This document shows, one piece after another, positions 1 through 7,069 of a stretch of DNA of 7,069 nt. Within the stretch, counting starts at the first letter, position 1. The number at the start of each line of letters is the position of its first letter. The translations under genes and the position numbers were made by a program. A model generated the notes under the pieces. It saw only the letters and a program-made list of their open reading frames with translations, was not told the DNA's origin and did not search any database. Source of the DNA: a virus. Taxonomy: Duplodnaviria > Heunggongvirae > Uroviricota > Caudoviricetes. The DNA is taken from the IMG/VR virus record IMGVR_UViG_2695420687_000003. One strand, given 5' to 3'.

Positions 1-2982
<2,982 letters not shown>

Positions 2983-3001
2983 TCACGCTCCAGAAACGAC
3001 A

Positions 3002-3021
3002 AAACCGCCCTGAGGCGGTTT
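3002..3021 (-). terminator. GC-rich hairpin (8-bp stem, 4-nt loop) in the I-J intergenic space, followed on the minus-strand transcript by a U-rich run; possible partial intrinsic terminator or RNA stability element
   Basis: Plus-strand aaaccgcc-ctga-ggcggttt is a perfect inverted repeat. On the minus-strand RNA it reads AAACCGCC UCAG GGCGGUUU followed by UGUCGUUUCU. It lies 19 nt after the I stop and about 22 nt before the J start. Confidence 0.3.
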
Positions 3022-3039
3022 CACATAAAACATTTTGCA

Positions 3040-3681
3040 TCAGCGACCAATCACCACAACCTGACCACCATCCCCTTCGTCTGCCGTGCTGATCTCCTGA
3101 GAAACCACGCGTGACCCCACGCGCATTTCACCGTACAGAACAGGCAGAACATTGCCCTGGGCAACCATGTTGTCCAGTGACGAGAAATACATGTTCTGCT
3201 TACCGTTATCCGTTGTCTGTGTACGGGGAGTTCTGGCTTTCGGTGCCAGCATCTGTGCAACACCGCCAAGCGTCATCGCCGCACCCATTGAAAAGAGAAT
3301 GTCACTGAAAGCGATACTGATCCCCGGCATCCAGATTGCCGTAGCAATCAACGCCGCACCCAGCACCGCCTGAAACACACCGCCACTTTTTGCTCCCGCA
3401 AGACGCGGTACGATGTGGATCACTGCACTATTTGCCAGCGGCTCATTAAGACGGGATGATAATTCGGTTTCGCCTGCATCACGCCCGGCAATCCGTACCT
3501 GATACCAGCCGTCGCTCAGTTTCTGACGAAACGCCGGGATCTGTGTGGCCAGCGCACGGATAGCTTCGGCCCCCGTTTTTACACGAAGGTCGATGCGGCG
3601 GCCAAATCGTTGTAAATCCCCGTAAAGGCAGATGCGTGCCATGCCCGGTGACGCCAGAGGGAGTGTGTGCGTCGCTGCCAT
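3040..3681 (-). CDS. I: Tail tip assembly protein (lambda I-like), 213 aa
   Basis: Translation MAATHTLPLASPGMARICLYGDLQRFGRRIDLRVKTGAEAIRALATQ... and C-terminus ...KQNMYFSSLDNMVAQGNVLPVLYGEMRVGSRVVSQEISTADEGDGGQVVVIGR match lambda gpI as recalled. Hydrophobic Gly/Ala-rich central segment. Start codon overlaps the 3' end of K by 103 nt, as in lambda. Confidence 0.9.
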   Translation of the reverse strand: MAATHTLPLASPGMARICLYGDLQRFGRRIDLRVKTGAEAIRALATQIPAFRQKLSDGWYQVRIAGRDAGETELSSRLNEPLANSAVIHIVPRLAGAKSGGVFQAVLGAALIATAIWMPGISIAFSDILFSMGAAMTLGGVAQMLAPKARTPRTQTTDNGKQNMYFSSLDNMVAQGNVLPVLYGEMRVGSRVVSQEISTADEGDGGQVVVIGR

Positions 3682-4322
3682 TTGTCGGTGTACCTCTCTC
3701 GTTTACTCAGTTGTTCAGGAATATGGTGCAGCAGCTCGCCGTCGCCGCAGTAAATTGCGGCGTGATTCGGCACCGATGAACCAAAACAGCACAGCAGCAC
3801 ATCGCCCGGCTGCGCCGCTGACAACGGCACCTGATACAGCCCTGTGGCCTCCAGATTATCCAGATAGAGATTCTGACCGTTACGCCACCAGTCATCCTCA
3901 CGATGAAAATCCGGCATCTCAATCCCCGCCAGATGGTAAGCGTCCCGGAACAGCGTGTAACAGTCCGTCACCCCGTGCTCAAAGCGCCGCCCGGTAAGAT
4001 GTGGCACACAGCGGAACTTGTGAATCGCCCCCCGGCAGACCAGCCACCACGGCAAATCACTCTGCACCTGCAACCGCCGGTCAGCCTCACTCAGCCAGGG
4101 CAGACCACCGGGGTGGCTGTGAACCAGCGCCACAATCCCACCCTGCATCTCTGCCCGCAGCCAGTCCTCCGGCGACATCCGGAAATACTCCTCCGGCTCA
4201 CCGGAGATATTCACGCAGGGAAAATATCTGTCCCCCTCCGACGTTCTCACCACGAAGCCGCACGACTCCGCTGGCGCACATCGTCTGGCGTGCGCCAGAA
4301 TCGCTGATTCTGTCTCTGTCAT
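3579..4322 (-). CDS. K: Tail tip assembly protein (lambda K-like) with N-terminal MPN/JAMM-type motif and C-terminal NlpC/P60-type Cys/His motif; long 247-aa reading frame (a shorter form starting at the internal ATG at 4176-4178 would be 199 aa)
   Basis: Translation MTETESAILAHARRCAPAESCGFVV...HSHPGGLPWLSEAD (H-x-H-x7-S-x2-D JAMM signature) ...HGVTDCYTLFRDAY...HAAIYCGDGELLHH (NlpC/P60-like Cys/His). Strong similarity to lambda gpK as recalled. The ATG at 4320-4322 lies 6 nt after the L stop codon. Confidence 0.85.
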   Translation of the reverse strand: MTETESAILAHARRCAPAESCGFVVRTSEGDRYFPCVNISGEPEEYFRMSPEDWLRAEMQGGIVALVHSHPGGLPWLSEADRRLQVQSDLPWWLVCRGAIHKFRCVPHLTGRRFEHGVTDCYTLFRDAYHLAGIEMPDFHREDDWWRNGQNLYLDNLEATGLYQVPLSAAQPGDVLLCCFGSSVPNHAAIYCGDGELLHHIPEQLSKRERYTDKWQRRTHSLWRHRAWHASAFTGIYNDLAAASTFV

Positions 4323-4327
4323 GGGAT

Positions 4328-5026
4328 TTACTGCGAAAGTTTGTTAATGGAAAGGTAACCGCCAAAGTTGCCGACGTTATTGCGGAACTTACAACCGCTC
4401 AGGCACTTGCTGCATTTATCCTTCGTGATATCGGACGTCGGCTGGTCATATTCATCCGCGACCGCCGGACCGTGATAACCGCACTCATCGCCGCGATAGG
4501 TCCAGGTGCAGGTGTTGGCCAGCATGATACGTCCCGGAAAAACAGCGCCGTCCGTTTCCGTCGGCGTGGACAGTACAAAAGAGGCACTCACCGCGCTCAG
4601 TTCGCTGCACTGCTCGATGCGCCAGCGACTGATCACCTCCTGCTCCGGATCGGCGTCGCTGTTTCCGTTGACGAAGTTCACCGCATCCAGAAAACGAGCG
4701 TAAACCTTACGCCGGACAACCGTTCCGCCGACCAGACTCTGCATATCTTCCACCATCCCGGTGACCATGCCGTACAGGTTAGAGACTGCCAGCGTGGGCC
4801 GCGTACTGGTGCCTTTGCCATTCAGTTCAAAACCACTCCCCTGAATGGGATACGGCTGATACTGTCGCCCCTGCCATGTGACCGGCTCACCTTTTTCGTT
4901 CAGCTCATTACAGAAAAAATAACGTTCTCCACCGACCTCTGTCAGGTCGATTTCCCAGAGCACCACGCTGGCCGACTGCTCCGCACGGGTGCATTCATTC
5001 AGTGTTTCCTGCCGGATATCCTGCAT
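4328..5026 (-). CDS. L: Tail tip protein (lambda L-like), 232 aa, with C-terminal cysteine cluster
   Basis: Translation MQDIRQETLNECTRAEQSASVVLWEIDLTEVGGERYFFCNE...DKCSKCLSGCKFRNNVGNFGGYLSINKLSQ, near-identical to lambda gpL as recalled. Start ATG overlaps the M stop codon (ATGA overlap at 5024-5028). Confidence 0.92.
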   Translation of the reverse strand: MQDIRQETLNECTRAEQSASVVLWEIDLTEVGGERYFFCNELNEKGEPVTWQGRQYQPYPIQGSGFELNGKGTSTRPTLAVSNLYGMVTGMVEDMQSLVGGTVVRRKVYARFLDAVNFVNGNSDADPEQEVISRWRIEQCSELSAVSASFVLSTPTETDGAVFPGRIMLANTCTWTYRGDECGYHGPAVADEYDQPTSDITKDKCSKCLSGCKFRNNVGNFGGYLSINKLSQ

Positions 5027-5355
5027 CAGTTCACCACCTGTTCAAACTCTGCGCTGAACTCAACACGCAGCATACTGACCCGCGACGACCATTTTGCGCA
5101 GGTCACCTTTATCTGCCTGTAACCATAAGGCGGCGTCCACAGAAAAGCCTTCCAGCCCCCGTGCTCAGCCAGAAACGACTCCAGCGCCGTGGCCTCCTCA
5201 CGGGAGACAGACAGCGTCACGCTGTACGTTTTCAGGTCAGCGTTCAGCCCGGCAGGCGCACGCTGGGAATAGCCATCACCAAAGCGCACCTCCCTGACGG
5301 AAGGAGCCGATGTCACATCCATCCCGGGTTTCACTTTCCAGCGGAAGGTTTTCAT
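5026..5355 (-). CDS. M: Minor tail protein (lambda M-like), 109 aa
   Basis: Translation MKTFRWKVKPGMDVTSAPSVREVRFGDGYSQRAPAGLNADLKTYSVTLS...KVTCAKWSSRVSMLRVEFSAEFEQVVN matches lambda gpM as recalled. Start ATG overlaps the H stop codon (ATGA at 5352-5355). Confidence 0.92.
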   Translation of the reverse strand: MKTFRWKVKPGMDVTSAPSVREVRFGDGYSQRAPAGLNADLKTYSVTLSVSREEATALESFLAEHGGWKAFLWTPPYGYRQIKVTCAKWSSRVSMLRVEFSAEFEQVVN

Positions 5356-6836
5356 CGTCCACCTCCGGAGAACAAGCCACCATCACGCATCTGTGCCTGA
5401 ATTTCATCACGGGCACCCTTGCGGGCCATGTCATACACAGCCTTCAGCGCCTGTGGTCCAATCTGCCCGTTCGTGCCGTCGTTGTTAATCACCACATGGT
5501 TATTCTGCTCAAACTTCCCGGACGCCTGCGACCGGCTGTCCGCCAGACTGCCCGGTGTACCGACATAACCGCCGGTGGCATAGCCGCGCATCAGCCGGTA
5601 AAGATTCCCCACGCCAATCCGGCTGGTTGCCTCCTTCGTGAAGACAAACTCACCACGGTGAACAATCCCCGCTGGCTCATATTTGCCGCCGGTTCCCGTA
5701 AATCCTCCGGTCGAAAAATGGAATTTCGCCGCAGCTGCCTGAATGGCTGTACCGCCTGATGCGGATGCGCCGCCACCAACAGCCCCGCCAATGGCGCTAC
5801 CGATACTCCCGACAATCCCCACCATTGCCTGCTTAAGCAGAATTTCTGTCATCATGGACAGCACGGAACGGGTGAAGCTGCGCCAGTTCTGCTCACTGCC
5901 GGTCAGCATCGCTGCCATATTCTGTGCAATACCGTCAAAGGTCTGCGTGGCCACGCTTTTAACCTGCGAAAAACTGTCCGTCGCACTTTCTGCCCACTCG
6001 CCCCAGCCGGACTTCAGACCGGCCATCCAGCTTCCACGAAGCTGCTCCTCCGCAGACCAGGTGTTCTTCAGTGCAGATGTGGCCTTCGCCAGCGCATCCG
6101 GATTATCACCGTACACGTCACGAAGGCGCTGCTCTTCCGACTCCCGCTGCGCCTGACGGTCGGTGAGGCCCCGCGCCTGGGCACTGATTGCCGCCTGCTT
6201 CGCGCCCTGCTGCTGCTCAAACCGCGCAGCCTGCTGTGCCAGCTCATTCAGCCGTTTCTGGTGTTCAACTTTGTCTCCCAGCTCAGCCAGCTGGCGTTTG
6301 TACTCCAGCGTCTCTTTCTCATGGGTCAGCAGGGATTTTTCCTGCTCAGATAACTGCCGTTTCGTGGCTGCCTCTTTCAGGACCGCATACTGATTTTCCG
6401 CTTTCCATAAATCGCGACGCTGCTGGCTGATTTTCTCATTCGCACCGCTGTGTTTTTCCAGCGTCCGGAGCTCGGTTTCAAGCGCCAGCAGGGCAGCATG
6501 CGCCTGGTCTTCCTGACGCTCACCGGCTGACACTTTGACTCCTGACGACTTCGGCTTTTTCAGCGTCGATTCATAATCCTTTTTCGCCGCCGCCATCAGC
6601 GTGTTGTAATCCGCCTGCAGGATTTTCCCGTCTTTCAGGGCCTTATTCAGTTCTTCCTGACGGGCGGTATATTTCTCCAGCGGCGTCAGCAGACGCTCAT
6701 ACCCCTTCTGCGCCTCTCCGGTATACTTCAGCTGTGATGCGTCCCGTTCGGCCCGGTCCCTGGCGGCCAGTTCACCGAACAAAAAATATTTACACGACGC
6801 ATCATTTCCCTTTCCTAAGTCGCGAAAGCAATTCAA
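5352..6836 (-). CDS. H: Tail tape measure protein (lambda H-like), C-terminal portion only; reading frame is N-terminally truncated relative to full-length H (~850 aa) and is probably a gene remnant
   Basis: From about residue 33 of the ORF (ASQLKYTGEAQKGYERLLTPLEKYTARQEELNKALKDGKILQADYNTLMAAAKK...) to the C-terminus (...GSIGSAIGGAVGGGASASGG...YDMARKGARDEIQAQMRDGGLFSGGGR) the protein follows the C-terminal ~460 residues of lambda gpH as recalled. The first ~30 codons (MNCFRDLGKGNDASCKYFLFGELAARDRAERD) have no counterpart I recognise, and the reading frame is closed by stop codons immediately upstream. By my reading the first codon is TTG, not ATG, with no Shine-Dalgarno at suitable spacing. 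My hand count of the start is off by one from the track coordinate, so a search should confirm. Confidence 0.75.
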   Translation of the reverse strand: MNCFRDLGKGNDASCKYFLFGELAARDRAERDASQLKYTGEAQKGYERLLTPLEKYTARQEELNKALKDGKILQADYNTLMAAAKKDYESTLKKPKSSGVKVSAGERQEDQAHAALLALETELRTLEKHSGANEKISQQRRDLWKAENQYAVLKEAATKRQLSEQEKSLLTHEKETLEYKRQLAELGDKVEHQKRLNELAQQAARFEQQQGAKQAAISAQARGLTDRQAQRESEEQRLRDVYGDNPDALAKATSALKNTWSAEEQLRGSWMAGLKSGWGEWAESATDSFSQVKSVATQTFDGIAQNMAAMLTGSEQNWRSFTRSVLSMMTEILLKQAMVGIVGSIGSAIGGAVGGGASASGGTAIQAAAAKFHFSTGGFTGTGGKYEPAGIVHRGEFVFTKEATSRIGVGNLYRLMRGYATGGYVGTPGSLADSRSQASGKFEQNNHVVINNDGTNGQIGPQALKAVYDMARKGARDEIQAQMRDGGLFSGGGR

Positions 6837-6980
6837 TTATTATAGCTTTTCCCAGACTTTTCGTTTCTAACAGTGAATTTCAAACGGTTTTTATGCCAGG
6901 TGTCCCCCCCCCCTTGATTCAATGTTGAGACAGAACTCAATCTCTGCCGGGATAACATGGCTTCCCTTAAGCTATCGGCC
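6837..6980. other. AT-rich apparently non-coding junction segment upstream of the truncated H gene; no ORF of any length in the H-upstream direction; possible prophage deletion or rearrangement breakpoint
   Basis: Composition shifts from GC-rich phage-like coding sequence to AT-rich sequence (aattcaattattatagcttttcccagacttttcgtttctaacagtgaatttcaaacggtttttatg...). The H reading frame is closed by tandem stops (TAA TAA) just upstream of its first codon. A -10-like TATAAT occurs on the minus strand at about 6840-6845, but without a convincing -35. Confidence 0.5.
6904..6913. repeat. C10 homopolymer tract (G10 on the opposite strand) in the non-coding region upstream of the truncated tape-measure gene
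   Basis: Directly visible: tgt-cccccccccc-ttgattc. It is the only long homopolymer in the window. Confidence 0.9.
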
Positions 6981-7069
6981 TTACAATAGCGCCAGCAAGA
7001 AAACCAGTTCCCTCAGTTCAATAGCCGCCCCCAACGTATCGCCAGTTTGCCCTCCCAGAGTACGTTTAA

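Noticed and set aside
3051-3922. Small minus-strand ORFs 3051..3269 and 3707..3922, and plus-strand ORFs 3111..3308, 3152..3373 and 3632..3997
   Set aside because: Alternative-frame ORFs embedded in the I and K genes, with no independent coding signal.
4001-5122. 373-aa plus-strand ORF spanning the K, L and M region
   Set aside because: Antisense to three well-supported tail genes. Its translation is proline/arginine-rich with no recognisable domain, so it is a shadow ORF.
5743-6430. Plus-strand ORFs 5743..6156, 6163..6393 and 6188..6430
   Set aside because: Antisense to the tape-measure coding sequence. The translations are Cys/Ser/Ala-rich low-complexity sequence, so they are not credible genes.
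6734-6928. 64-aa plus-strand ORF straddling the H junction
   Set aside because: It begins inside the antisense of the H remnant and runs through the AT-rich junction and C10 tract. The translation (…MPGVPPPLIQC) looks random, and I see no RBS.
6837-7069. Possible insertion sequence, tRNA or att site at the junction
   Set aside because: I could not find terminal inverted repeats, a transposase-like frame, a tRNA cloverleaf or T-loop consensus, or direct repeats flanking the breakpoint. The junction stays unexplained and is not called as a mobile element.

Overview
The window is almost entirely a lambdoid (phage lambda-like) tail-tip assembly module, all encoded on the minus strand in the canonical order H-M-L-K-I-J. 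Reading in the direction of transcription (high to low coordinates): the C-terminal ~460 codons of a tape-measure (H-like) gene (5352..6836), then M (5026..5355), L (4328..5026), K (3579..4322), I (3040..3681) and the first 993 codons of the central tail fibre / host-specificity gene J (1..2979), which runs off the left edge of the window. Gene boundaries are tightly packed, with ATGA-type stop/start overlaps at H/M and M/L and a 103-nt out-of-frame K/I overlap, typical of a translationally coupled phage morphogenesis operon. The main anomaly is at the right end: similarity to tape-measure protein stops around 6745-6800, so the N-terminal ~390 codons of an H gene are missing. The DNA beyond it (6837..7069) is AT-rich, lacks the coding character of the phage genes, and contains a C10 homopolymer. 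This looks like a deletion or rearrangement breakpoint of a prophage (possibly a cryptic or defective one) rather than an intact phage genome. I found no rRNA, tRNA, CRISPR array or recognisable IS element, and I do not see a new defence or accessory system here. The long plus-strand ORFs in the track are antisense shadow ORFs of the tail genes. All protein identifications rest on my own translation and recall of phage lambda proteins, not on a database search.
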